Shown piece after piece: positions 38,220-51,800 of a DNA stretch of 64,000 nucleotides. Each line of letters opens with the position of its first letter. The stretch's first letter is position 1. Source of the stretch: Eledone cirrhosa (Eukaryota); the NCBI GenBank assembly GCA_964016885.1, contig OZ024741.1, positions 381,486,001-381,550,000 of the forward strand. Reading direction: 5' to 3'. The notes under the pieces were generated by a model, which ran no database searches, had not been told where the DNA came from, and saw only the letters and a list, made by a program, of their open reading frames with translations. A program made the position numbers and the translations under genes.

Positions 38220-38689
38220 TAATAATATTAATTATTATTATTATCATTATTGTTTTCCTTTTCTTTCGGTATTGTTTCTGATGTATGCTGAGTGTCTTCC
38301 TGATACATAGAGCAAATAAATTCACTGTATACATTGGTAAGCCAGTTAACACACCACATCGAATATACTTTACAGCTTATCATTCTTACAGAGAGATATC
38401 ATTCTTACAGAGATAGTGCTCTACTCACACAGAGACACACGCGCACACACATATACACACACACACATCCACACAAGGGGAGAGATATCATTCTCACAGA
38501 GGTAGTGCTCCTCTCTATACGTGCGCAGTACCGGTCAAAATAATTTTTTGCGCCACTTACAGATAGGGTAAATCAGGAATTATTCGCAAAAACTTTTCTG
38601 TTCCTGTCTTCATCATTCCCATTACTCCCACAGTCACTGGCATTGTAACGGCAGTAAGCTGCCACATTTTTTCGATTTCAACAGTATGT

Positions 38690-39190
38690 ACAGGAAAGTC
38701 CTAAAGAATTGTTACGTTTTCTCCCTCTGTTACAGCTTCATGGTGATGATTGCACCATTTGACAGCAACTTTGATTTTATAATGCTGACATATTACCCAT
38801 TGTATATATTAGCCAACTCTGTCATGTCTATAATTGTACTCTACTGGTGCTAAATCTTTACATCAAGAAACTAGGTGGTCTACTGTTTCAACCACAATAT
38901 TGCAGAAACGGCATTTTGGATTTACTCCATTTCTCATCACATTGGCTAGGTAATTCCGTGTCAGTAAGCTTTGATCTTGGGCAGTTAAGATGAAGACTTC
39001 GCTCTCTGCCTTTAGACCTGAGCTACGTAGCCACTGATGGGTGTGCTTTTGGTCCACATCAGCTTGTTTGCTACGGGCCACTTATTTGCCATCTAGAGTT
39101 TTCTGCTCCAACTTTGATACTAATTACTCTTAACCTTAATGTTATGTGCTTAGCAGCATCAATTGCAACAGTTTCCTTAGTCTGTCCAAA
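38690..39190 (-). pseudogene. R4/Dong-like family F3 fragment (pre-RLE/CCHC region)
   Basis: ORF 38863-39081: THQWLRSSGLKAESE..AQDQSLLTRNY..CRFCNIVVETVDHLVS. Boundaries are approximate. Confidence 0.75.
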
Positions 39191-39506
39191 CTTGTAGTTT
39201 GAGGAATGAGAAAAAATTGAGAGAGGGCGCTTGCCCTGGTGGTCAGGGTGACCTTGGTATTTTGTGTGTATTTCGCAACGAGTAACCCTCGGAGGTTTCC
39301 CACGTATTGGGGAATTTTTCATTGTTTCAATTTTCATTTTTATTGTTTATATATATATATATGTTTCTATGTCTTTTTCTTTTTCTTTTCTTATATAAAT
39401 AATAAAACTCTTTACACGAACAAAACCCACATCGTACCGTCCTGTACCGTCCTGTACCGTCTGTAACGTTTTCTTGATATCAGCCCTTGTGGCCAATAAA
39501 GAAGTC
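39191..39506 (+). mobile_element. Tx1-like T2 3'-UTR fragment
   Basis: Matches 24452-24746 ('gagagagggcgcttgccctgg...cagcccttgtggccaataaagaa'). Confidence 0.9.
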
Positions 39507-39521
39507 ATTATCATTATTATT

Positions 39522-42356
39522 GCAGTTGCATTTATCTTGCTTTATGTTCATACGAGTTATCACCAAGTCACAACCAGTGACCTCAAGAGACAACAAGGTC
39601 CGCCATGTTCAAGAAAAAACGTACATACATACACACACATGCATCTTTACGTGTTTAGACTTCTGATGTACTTATATTGACAGAATCTTCCTTAGTATAT
39701 GGGCAGTTCCCATTAGTACTATCTTTTGTATTTCTCCTATACGCGGGTTTCCTGGGATTTGCGATAAGTAATCATTAGACCCCTTATGTATCATTCTTAG
39801 AGCGCCTACAACCACTGGTATCGTTTCAGTTTTCAATTTCCACATTTTTCCATTTTCTATCTTCAGGTCCTTATACTTGCCCAATTTTTCAAATGTTTTT
39901 ATAGATACATTCTTGTCTATTGGCACGGACATATCAATTAGCAGGCATACCCTCTTTTTAAAGTCCTTCAGGTCTATTTGCATCTATATTTCGGTCTATT
40001 TGGATGCTAAAGTTCCACAAGGTTGAGATGTGATATTTGTCAAGTATGGGAGGTGGTTGATACTCCCACCAATTCTTTTGATGGGGCAGGTCAAAATGCT
40101 TACACATTATTGAATGTATGTATTGTGCAGCTCTGTTTACGTATTCGGTTGGAGCTATAGGACTGCACATTGAAATTATATGATCAATGGTCTCTGGTTG
40201 TTTTTTACATACACGGCATAATGGGTGTCATCCATCTTTTATCATGTTGGCTTGGTAATTTTTTGTTGGCAGACACTGATCTTGTGCTGATATAACTAGT
40301 CCTTCAGTCTCCGATTTTAGTCCTGAGGATGCCAACCACTGATGGGTTAAAATGTTGTCAACATCAGGATTGTTAGCTCTTTCTGTGTATTTTCCATACA
40401 GAGGCTTTTCTTGCCATTTCTTAGTCAGTTTCTGTAGCAGTTCTTTCTTTGCAGCTACTTTTACCTGCTTTGCTTTTTCTGTGTTTTTCATTTCAGCAGT
40501 AAATGGGACTTCTGAAATTTGTAGTTCATTACCGTATCTTTGTGCATTTTTTGTAATGGAGTATAATCTTTTGCTGCTTTCGTGTTTCAAAACGAGTTTG
40601 ATCATCCAATCATGTGATTTCATAATATGTGTAGATAATCCAATTGTTGCAGTTTTCAACGTAATAACTAACTGGACTAACCCACGTCCTCCTTCTTTCT
40701 TAGGGAGATATATTCTATCTCTATCTGCCTTGCGGTGATGCATTCTGGGCATGGTTAAGCATTTTCTAATTTTTGTATCGAGCCTACGGAACTCTGTGCT
40801 TGATAGTTGATGACATTGTAACTGTAGGTTACTACTGGTATGGCAATCGTGTTTATGGCATCGATGCTGTTCCTGGCATTCAATTCCATTCTTAAGATTG
40901 CTCTTACTCTGCGGTAACATTCCTTCCTTACCCTTTCCCTCATTGTCGAGTACTTGATTCCGTCTCCTTCGCAAACACCTATATATTTGTAAGTTTCCTC
41001 TTAATCAAGTTCTCTTATCACAATCCCCCGATCAAGATTAATGTCTGAACTTTTCAGCAGCTTATCTCTAGTGAACGTTGCTTTGGCGCATTTATCTAGT
41101 CCAAACTCTATTTTAATATCATCACTGAACTGCTTCACAGTGAATAGTAGCCCTTGTAATTGCTCATCATTTTTTGAAAATAGTTTCAGGACATCCATGT
41201 AGAACAAGTGATTAATGGTTTTATCATAGATTTATATCCATGTTTTGTTTCATTGAGTATTTTACTTAATGGTATAAGCGCGAATCAGAATAAAAGCGGT
41301 GATAAAGAGTCACCCTGAAAAAGTCCACAATCAAATATTAACTTCTCCTGCTTCCAGTGATTTTTTTTAACTATTCAAAAGGAGTGTCGTTTTCCATGTC
41401 TTCATACTGAATGACAAAAACCTCCTGACAGCGGGAGATATTTTGAAAATCTCTAAACATTTTTCAATCCAACTGTGTGACAAATTATTGAATGCTTTTT
41501 TGTAATCTATCCAAGTAATTGATAGATTTTTGTGTCTATTATGACAATCTTCCAGTATCATTTTGTTAACCAAGAGCTGATCTTTACAGCCAAATGAGCC
41601 TCGTTTAAACCCTTTCTGCTCAATGGGAATTAGATCATTTGTTATCAGGTGATCATATGTATATTCAGTTAGGACTGGGGTAAAAATGTTGTACTTTGTG
41701 GTCAAACAAGCTATCGGTCTGTAATTTGGGGGATTGTTTGTCTCATCATTCTTTGGAAGTAGGAATGTAATGCCGTTAACTGGCCATGATGGTAGCTTTT
41801 CTGACTCCTTACCCATTTCATTGTAGCGTTGGGCTAACAGCTCATGAGACTCTGTGAAGGCATTTCTAAACAAAATTGGTCTTCTGTCTTTTCCTGGAGA
41901 TTTCCATTTGCTGGTTTTTCTAAGAGCCAAACGCAACTGTTCAACTGTTATATTTTCCCATGTTTGTTCCTCAAGGTGAGCTGTATCTTTCATTTGTCTA
42001 TCCATGAGGCATGTATATTGTGAACCTTTTCTTCGGACCAGATCTTTTCCCAGAATTCTTGCATTTCCTCCTTGCGTGGTATTGATTTAGTAGTTATTGT
42101 TGACTTGCCAATTTTTCTGTAGAAATTTCTTTGGTTGTTTTTTAACATATTATTGTCTTACATAATCTAGATGGTTTTTCAAAGAGCATTATGCGAGCAG
42201 CTTTGGCCGACGCGTTTTACTTGATTGTTTCTATCAGCATGTCTATGTCACTTGTTGATTATATACTGTATTTTCTTTTAAATTTTATAAGTTTAGTTTG
42301 TTTAACATGTTCAACTACATTGTAGTTTGTTAAAATTAGTTAAAATTTCTATGTCA

Positions 42357-42357
<1 letters not shown>
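39522..42357 (-). mobile_element. R4/Dong-like family F2, 5'-truncated, disrupted
   Basis: ORFs 41367-42005 (WKSPGKD, NYRPIACL, WIDYKKAF), 41001-41207 (FYMDVLKLF), 40228-40974, 39958-40170 and 39672-39983 (RLE). Confidence 0.9.
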
Positions 42358-42407
<50 letters not shown>

Positions 42408-42410
42408 GTT

Positions 42411-42791
42411 CTTTGAGTCTCAGTCATTGATGTTGGTTAACTGGAAAGTTTGTTGAAATGAATATCAAGCCACAACTTGCAGCCTCAGATATTCAGGACG
42501 TATCGGAGAGTTCTTGCTGTTCCCAGCAAGCATGCCTTTTGAAGTGTTCCAAAAAGCGGGGCGGGGCCAATTTTCTTTAACAATCCCTGGAAACTCTTTG
42601 AGATAGTACCTAGTGCGCCTATGACAATCGGGACCACTTTGACATCATGGCAGTTCCAAATCATTTTTACCACCCACTTTAAGTCCTGGTATCGGTTAAT
42701 TTTCTCCCTCTCCTTCTCTTGCGCTCTCGTGTCGAATGGGCAGGCCACATCCACAATCAGGCACGATCTTTTTTCCTTGTCCAAAACCACC
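42411..42791 (-). mobile_element. R4/Dong-like F1 3' fragment (RLE C-terminus + 3' UTR)
   Basis: ORF 42485-42793 is near-identical to the RLE of copies A and B; (TTA)n on both sides. Confidence 0.92.
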
Positions 42792-42812
42792 ATTATTATT
42801 ATTATTATTATT

Positions 42813-45800
42813 GGCGACCTACGTAGTAAATCGTATCATTGTGAGCTCCGCAAAGGTTTGTTATTTCCGTTTGTTAAAAATTGCCATTTATGGAAATTTT
42901 TTTATTGTTAACTGTATATAAACGCACATACATTGTTTTCCGAAAAGGACACCCAAAAAGTAAGGGTTCTTGTGCCCCAAATTTAAACTTTTATGATTAT
43001 CAAAACATTTATTTGAAAAAACAATGGCTAATACACCTCTGCACCAAGCAGCTGAGAGCCTTCCTCACAAACTAACAACTCACACCGACACCACCATTGT
43101 AAATATTATTACGTTTGCCAACACTAAAAATTTAATCAGAAGCAATATTTAACTTGTCTCAGGTAGACATTCATTTCCCGCCATTACCAATGACTGCAGG
43201 TGTTAAAGCCGCCACCACCACCACCACCGCAACAACCACCACTGCCACCACCACCGCGACAACCCCCACCCTACCACCACCGCGACAACAGAAACAAAAG
43301 GAAAAAAATAAATCAACTCGTGATGTCGAAATGTTTTCAACCAAAAAGGACTCTTCCACACCGAACACCACTGACGTCACCACCACCACAACTGAAACTA
43401 AAATTAATAATAACAAAAATAACGATAACAACAACAGCAACCATGACATAAAAAAAACCAGCCTGAGTTTTGCCAGAGTAGCAAAAGAGTGCGAAGCATC
43501 TACGGTAACTCAGGAGGAATTAGAAAATGCCAAAAAAATGGTAAAGAAAGATGCGTACAGGGTCATCCCCCCACACACACACACACCTAATAAAATGGAG
43601 CATCGGCGCCTATGCACCGTGTCGTATCGAAGAATTAATGTAAAATCGCGCCGAGTGGAACGGGCATCCGAGTCCCAAATCCAAAAAGCGTTGGGACATG
43701 TGTGGGCAAGAAAAACACACATCAGACGTGGGCAGAAGTATGGAACCGTGGGCGTGTTCTTTGAAACACCAGAGGAGGCTAGAAAACACTCCATGGCCCC
43801 ATTAAGAAGTGACGACTTCACACTCGTCCCAAGCTATTGTGGCCAGAGACTAGTAAAGATCAGGGTGACCCACTTTCCACCGGCTATCGAAATTAACTGG
43901 CTAATAGCGGCCGTCCTCGCCGGCATCGAAGCCAACACCAAGATAATAGCAATAGCGAAAGAAAAGCAGGAGAACTGGTCTGGATCTGGGATGGAGCTCC
44001 TGATCCAAGCGGACCAAAAAAGCATTGAGGAGATCCCAGAGGTAATAGACCTCACTGACGGCAGCCACCTCACCGTAATTGTCGAGGGCAGAAGGCCTAG
44101 GTGTGTCGTTTGTGGTGAAGGAACCCACCTAAGGGCTTTCTGCCCTCAGGCTAAAAGGTTGAGGCCACCTCTCCTACCGACCCCAGTGACTCAACCATCA
44201 ACACCACCAGTAGCAGAGATGGCAGCAACAACTGTAGCAGCAACAACAGAAGCAACTATAACAGCAACAACCCACCAACAGTAGCAAAATCAACACCACC
44301 ACCACCCAACGCTTCATAACTAGCACCAGCGCCTACACCATCCACCACGCCACATCCAAAACTAACGCCTGTGGAGGATTTTCCACTCCCCGGCCTATCA
44401 CAACTGAAAGACAGATTGTGACGACGAGGAGTGGGAAACGGTATCAGGAAAAAATAAAAAAAGAAACCAAAAAAGAAAAAATGTTCTTCCTTCCCTCTCC
44501 AAAAACAAAATACAGAGGGAGACAAATAAATTAACAAACAAAAAAGTTAGGACAGATATTCCACCATCCACACCAGCATCAACAACCCCGTCACCCCAAA
44601 CACCAACACCATCACCATGATTAACCCCAACACCACCATCACCTACACCACAAAAGTCACCAAAATGCGAAACAGAAACAAACCCACAATAAACGCAAAC
44701 AAAACAAAACAACCAAAATGATACACACTACACAGCATTAAATTTGAACAACAAGCAATTATTACACTACATCCAACACCACACCAGCATCACAGAAAAA
44801 GACTACACAACAACCCAAACATTCACACCACTTCCACACATACAAATCACTCGCATCACACAGAAAACGTACATGACACTAAAACAAAAATTCCCCAAAG
44901 ACATCGGAGACATCCGACAAGCACTCTCCAGGAGGATTTATAAGGACATCCTTCCTGAGGAGGCCACAAGCAGTGAAAAGGATGGAGAAACCGTCCTTCC
45001 TCTACGAGAAGTAAGGTAAGTGGTCTTTCCCATCTTTTCCACTCCATTTCAACATGACCTCACTCAGAATAGGCAGAATAAATACGCGTGGCTTGGGGTC
45101 TTCATGGAAGCAGGGCCACCTGCTCAACGACCTCAGGTCACTAAACATAGATGTAGTGGCCATCAGCGAGACCAGAATCTCCGAAGCACGGGGCCTTCGC
45201 ACCGATCTTCGGCGCCAAAGATGTGTACGCATCTCCCAGCCGTCTGGATCGGGAGGGGGAGAGTTGCTGTGCTTTTTCGGAGAGGATTGGATCTCGCCAT
45301 ACGGGCCATCTTCCTGGACCCAGAAGGTAAGTTGGTGGTGCTGGACGTGACCAGCGGAGACGGGCAAGCTTTCACGTTAGTGGCCGTCTATGCCCCGACA
45401 GGAGCAGGGCGGCTTTATTTCTTCCGGCGTCTGGAGACCTTTCTTGGAACGTCCCGCTCTTTAGTGTTAGTGGGCGGCTGGAACGGGATTTTAGATGCAC
45501 GCTTGGATTGTGTGGGATTAGTGGATAGGGGAGGAGGGTGCAAGAGTCTCACCAACCTGCTCAGGCGTTTTGAACTGTCTGACATGTACCGATTGGATTT
45601 CCCGAATGAGCCAATGTGGACTTGGACAAATCGCATAGGGTCATCCAGATCATATCTAGATAGAGTATTTTGTAGGGAAATAGATAGGTCTAGCATAGGC
45701 TGTCCACAATTCAAGATAGTCAGCTACACGGACCACAAATTCGTGATCTGTGTGCTTGACTTAGATAGGCTTCATAGACGAGGATCCGGCTACCGGAAGC

Positions 45801-48669
45801 TAAACGTGTCCTTACCAGCGCGCAAGGCCTACAGAGACCGGATTAGCGATCGTTGACGGGGGCCATCGTAACAAGTGGTGGTTTGCTCTGAAAAGAGCAA
45901 TTATAATAGAATCTATTAGGTTTAGTAAGGCTTTAGCAATAGAGAAAAATAGAGCATAGGGAGAATTAGTTAGAAAATTAGACGAGGCGCTTTGCAAAGG
46001 CATCGCGACCGACGTACTTGCGGCGAAATTGGCCCTTGACCAATTCTTCAATGCAAAGCACGAAGGCGGCGTTGTCAGAGCTAGGGTGCGTGCTCTCAGA
46101 CACGAGGGGACGAAAGCCGTTCAATGGGCCCGAGTGGCGGAGGTGCGTCGTGGTAACACAGCCACGATCAGGTCTTTGGTGGACCACGACGGGCGCACGC
46201 TACTCGATCCCGGGCAAATTTGTGAAGCTTTTCAGCGACACTTCGCTCAACTGTTCGGGGGCGGCGGCGGGCTGATCGAGGGATGGACTGTCGCGGCTCT
46301 CGGCACTGAGGCTTACTGTTGCGAAAAGCCGATAACAGCCGCTGAAGTACGGGAGGCAATGACTGGCTGCACAAGGGGTAAATCGCCTGGTTTGGATGGT
46401 CTGCCCTATGAACTTTACGTACAAATGCCAAACTTGTTCGGAGGCCTCTTGGCGGACGTCTACTGCAACTGGCAACAGAACAGGAGAATTCCCAGCTCTG
46501 GGAGCCGAGGAGCAGTAGAGATCTGAGAAAGGATCCGAACAAGGGGGATATCATAGATAATTTTAGGCCCATAACTCGGCTAAACACAGAGTTCAAGATT
46601 TTGGCCAAGGTGCTAGCAAAGAGGTTGCGCTTGTCGTTGGTGGTCTGGTGGGGGAGTCGCAGACATGCGCCTACCCGACAGATCCATCCACGACAACCTC
46701 CACCTCATGCGATACATCGTACAGAGGGTAGCTAGGGAACGGCACGGGTGGCTCTTTGAAAAATTTAGATCAGTCGAAAGGTTTCGATAGGGTCGATCAT
46801 CGTTACCTAGCGGCAGTCCTGAGGGCGGCTGGCTTTGGGCCCGTCTTCAGAGGCTGGATCGCTGCCATGCACAGCGACATCTGCTCTGTGGTGAGAGTGA
46901 ACGGTCACCTTTCGGAACCGTTCAACATCATGCGCTCGGTCCACCAAGGATGTCCCCTCTCGTCCCTCTTGTACGTATTGACTCTCGAGCCATTACTGCA
47001 CAAACTGGGGACGTTGAGGGGGGTCCTGCGCGAACTAGGATGCGGAAGATCCGTGTCAGCATATGCGGACGATGTCACCGTAGTGGTGTCGAACGCCAAA
47101 CACATCGAGGCGATAGGCACTAAACTAAGAGATACGAAGCGGTGACAGGAGCAATGATCAACCAGGAAAAGTCAGTGGGCCTGCAGCTCGGCACCTGGAA
47201 AGGCAGGTCCATGCCGTCCAACAGCGTCCTCGGGCACTGGACGGACGGACCGGTCAAATTGCTAGGGGTCTGGTTCGGTCCGGACCTCTAGACGGACAAA
47301 AACTGGGACGACGTGACGAGCAGGGTGCCTTCTCTCACCCAGATATGGGCGGAGAGGAAGCTATTCCTGAAAGGTCGAGCGGAGGTGGCTAACGCGTACA
47401 TCGCATCCGTCATCTACTACCGCCTAACCGTCGTACCTTGTCCTAAATCCCGCCTGACTGCGCTGGAGCGTTTTCTCTTTCGCTTTTTGTGGAAGGGATG
47501 CGCTCCGATGGTCAGGCGGTCCATCTGCTGTCAACACCCGCTACGTGGAGGGCTGGGCATGCCGTGGCTGATGATGCGCAGACACGCGCTCAAGCTACGT
47601 CATATCCACCTCTTCCTCGACGGTGATCAGGTGTGGTCGCCGTTTGCTAGACACGTCTTTCCCCAGCTCGTCTCCTTGACGGAGCTGCAGTCCTGGGTCA
47701 AGCGAAAGTCGAGAGGGAGAGCTTGGAGACTGGAATGTCTTCAGGCGCTCACAGCCCTCGACCAATCGGGCAATGTGATCGGTGGAAACTCCACCTTGGC
47801 GTTCTATAGAGGATTAGTGGAGGGGAAGAGCGACGACGTACTTGGAGAAACTCTACGCGTCGACGAAAATCAACTAGCCAATCTCTTTGGAAGGACTTTC
47901 GGGCCGGGGCCTATGGACAACTTCCAGAAATCCCTGGCCTGGCAGTGCTACCGGGGAGCTTTGCCAGTTCGGGATAAACTCTACAGGCATGGAGGTGCCG
48001 TCAGCCGGGTATGTCCGAGATGTGCGCAGAGCGACGAAACCGTCCTGCACGCACTCGTCCAGTGTCCGAGCATTGCTGACTTGTGGGTTTATGTCGAACA
48101 CCTGCTGTTACGTGTAGGACGGATCCAGCTATCAGCTGAGTCCATCGTGAGGATTACCCCGCCCTCTTCCTTTAGCCGAGAAGGGCAGGAATTTTTTATC
48201 TGTCTGGTGACCATGGCGAAAGAGATAGTATGGTGGACACGTTTGAAAGGGCTGAAGACGAGCACTTACCTCTTCGGTTATGCCCTGATTAACTTTTTCA
48301 AATTTCATTTGAAAAGGAAAATCAGGGTAGAGATGGAAGTGCTCTCTTCCCAGCATTTTGTTGAAAGATGGGTGAGAGATGCATGGCCCGAGTGAATGGG
48401 CCTACTCTGAGTATGTGTCTGTAAATTAAAGGTGGAAAACTGGGAGAGGGCACTTGCCCTGGTCGTCAGGGTCACTGTGGTCTTTTAATGGGCTTTCTCC
48501 ACAAATGTCCTTCGGAAATCTCCCCCCTATTCGTGAATTTTTCTTTGTTATTTTATTACATCCTCTGTTTTTTTTACACGCAGAAATGCCCATTTGTACC
48601 GTCCTGTATTGTCCTGTACTGTCCTTAATGTCTACTTTATGTAAACCCTTCTGGTTAATAAAGAAAACA
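42813..48669 (+). mobile_element. Tx1-like LINE subfamily T1 copy b, full length (~5.9 kb), frameshifted
   Basis: ORF1 starts at ATG 43024, with the 376-aa piece 43154-44284 containing CVVCGEGTHLRAFC and a stop at 45017-45019. ORF2 starts at ATG 45054 with APE, RT (SAYADD) and a C-terminal piece at 47313-48395. Confidence 0.93.
43154..44284 (+). pseudogene. Tx1-like ORF1 (gag-like nucleic-acid-binding protein) fragment
   Basis: Thr/Asn-rich N-terminus, 'SFARVAK' motif, a conserved core that may be RRM-like, a CX2CX4HX4C zinc knuckle and a Pro/Thr-rich linker. Confidence 0.85.
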
Positions 48670-48692
48670 ATATTATTATTATTATTATTATT

Positions 48693-48812
48693 ACAGTTGC
48701 ATTTAACTTGCTTTATGTTCATACGAGTTATCACCAAGTCACAACCAGTGACCTCAAGAGACAACAAGGTCCGCCATGTTCAAGAAAGAACATACATACT
48801 CACATATGCATC
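48693..48812 (-). mobile_element. R4/Dong-like F2, 120 bp 3'-UTR-only insertion
   Basis: Near-identical to 7481-7600; (TTA)n on both sides. Confidence 0.9.
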
Positions 48813-48866
48813 TTTATTATTATTATTATTATTATTATTAGTTTTATTATTATTATTATTATTATT

Positions 48867-51800
48867 GAATGCTATGGTTGACGGAGGCTCGGCTCTGTAA
48901 GGTATTGTAAATTTTGAACGCTGAAACAATTGTAAATTGTTTAAAACTTTTACCAATTTGTAGACAAACCCTCCCCCCTCCTCGTGAGAGGGGTCTTTCT
49001 GCCAGTCATTTGGCCCTTCGGGCTTAAATAATTGCTTATTGGGGTTTTGTGCCCAATATTTATTTAAAAAAAACAAAAAACAACATGGCTACGAAAATAA
49101 TGTTCATAGGTCACTCCCACTCATTCCGTCTTCTTCTTCCTCAATCGTCACTACAGCAGAAAGAAAATTGTCTCTCTCCCTCCCTTCTTTAAATGTGTCT
49201 CTCTCCCTCCCTTCTCTTTCGCAAGCGACGACAGAAAAGAAAAGTCTCGTGCAAAGCGTGCAAGATTTCTCCACGACGACGACGACAACGACGACGAAAC
49301 AGGTGTGCGGGAAATACGAAAACCCATTTCATTCGTCTGACGTCAGGAATAATAGCAGTAGCAGCCGTAATAACAACATCAACAGTGACAATGAAAACAA
49401 CAGTAGCAGCCGCAACAGCATCACCAGCAGCATAAACAACAACAGCATTAGCAGCAGCAACAACAACAACAACCACAGCAACAGCGGCGGCGGCAGTAGT
49501 CGTAGTACCTGCAGCAACAACAAAAGTAACAGCAGCTCTGACGACAACAACAACAACAACAACAGCAGCAAAGAAAAACCAATCTCGTTTGCAGGTATCG
49601 CGAAGAACCTGGAAACAATCCCCATAACAAATGAGGAATTAGAGGAAGCGAAGAAGATGGTGACAAAGAATGGACACCGAGCAATCTGCAAGGCAGCAGA
49701 AAAATGTTTCGAAACCCAACAGCACTGTACGGTCAAATACCGTACAGTAAGTACAAAATCCCGTAGGGTGGAAAGAGCCACAGAGGCTCAAATACAAAAA
49801 GCCTTGGGGTCTGTGTGGCAGCGGAAAACACACATCACCCGAGGCAAGAAATATGCCACCGTAGACGTACTTTTTGCCACACCCCAGGAGGCAAAGGCTC
49901 AATCCGTAGTGACCCTAAGGAGCGAGGAAATGGTGTTGGTGCCCTCCTACTGCGGGCAAAAAATTGTGAGGGTCAAACCGACCCACGCCCCCCCCCCCCG
50001 GGATGGCCCCTTCTTGGCTGGCCGCGTCTGTCCTCGTCGGAATCGAGGACAAAACAACTGTACTGAAAGTACAGAAAAAAGTAAGAGAAGATTGGGTCGG
50101 CACCTCCATTGAGATGTTAATCCAAACCAACCAGGAGTGCATCGAAGCTATCCCGGATGTGATAGACTTCGATAACGGCACTCAACTGCCCATAAGTGTT
50201 GAGGGCAAACGCCCGAAATGCTTTCGCTGTGGATCGAAGACTCACCTCAGGGCCTTCTGCAACGAGAAGACCCTGAGAAAGGAGAAAACCCCCCTCCTTC
50301 CGAAACCGGCTCCACGGCTACCAGTAACAGGACAAGCGGCAACCAGGAATGATAGGTCCTGTGGCACCCATACCCACGCCACGGAAATCAAAAACAGCAG
50401 CAGCAGTGGAAGTATTAACAACAATAACAACAGCAATACCAAATGCAGCTGCAGCAGAGACTCCAGTGCAAACATCACCAACAACAACAAGTGAAAGAGT
50501 GGAGCTGGTACCCCTCCCCGACCTCACAGAATCAGACATGGAGTGTGAGGTGGCAGAGGGATGGCAAAAGGTCGTAAGAAGGCACAAACGCAGAAGCAGC
50601 GCATCGTCGCCTTTGAAAAGGGAGGACAAAAATGAAAAAAGGGTAAAGTCTACTGCAAAGAGACTCACAGCAGCAACACGACCAACACCATCACCACCCA
50701 CACTAGCACCACCATCACCACCGGCGACAACCCCACCGCCAACAACAATAACACCTTCAATACAAGCACCAACATCGCAAACACAACAACAAAACAAACA
50801 CACCCAGTAAAAACGACAAGAAAATAGCAGAACCACACCCTACCCCCAGAAAAACAAATGCACGGCAATAGATACACACAACAAGAAACTAATGACTTAC
50901 ATAATTGAACACACAGACATTTCCGAACACGACTACATAATACCAGCACCAGTCAAAATGCCAACTAACATAAGACTGCTAAAAATAGCACAGAAACAAC
51001 ACACAAACATTAAAACCAAATTCCCCAACGCAGTTGGTGATTTCAGAGACCTAGGAGGGACTCTCAACCGGAGAGTATATTCGGACATACTCATAGAAGA
51101 GTCGATGACCAGCCGAAGGGACGATTCAACGGTCCCTTCACCAGACGATCAAGTGAAAAGGAATGGAGAAACCATCCTTCCTCTACGAAAAGTACGGTAA
51201 GTGGTCTTTCCCATCTTTTCCACTCCATTTTAAACATGACCTCACTCAGAATAGGCAGCATAAATGCGCGTGGCCTGGGGTCCTCATGGGAGCAGGACCA
51301 CCTGCTCAACGACCTCAGGTCACTAAACATAGATGTAGTGGCCATCAGCGAGACCAGAATCTCCGAAGCACGGGCCTTCGCACCGACCTTCGTCGGCTAC
51401 GAGGTGTACGCATCTCCCAGCCGTCCGGGATCGGGGGGGGGGGAGTTGCTGTGCTTTTTCGGAGAGGTTTGGATCTCGCCATACGGGCCATCTTCCTGGA
51501 CACAGAGGGTAAGTTGGTGGTGCTGGATGTGACCAGCGGAGACGGGCAAGCTTTCAGGCTAGTGGCCGTCTATGCCCCGACAGGAGCAGGGCGGCTTTAT
51601 TTCTTCCGGCGTCTGGAGACCTTTCTTGGAACGTCCCGCTCTTTAGTGTTAGTGGGCGACTGGAACGGGATCTTAGATGCACGCTGAGACTGTGTGGGAT
51701 CAGCGGATAGGGGTGGAGGGTGCAAGAGCCTCACCAACCTGCTCAGGCGTTTTGAACTGTCTGACAGGTACCGATTGGATTTCCCGAATGTGCCAATGTG

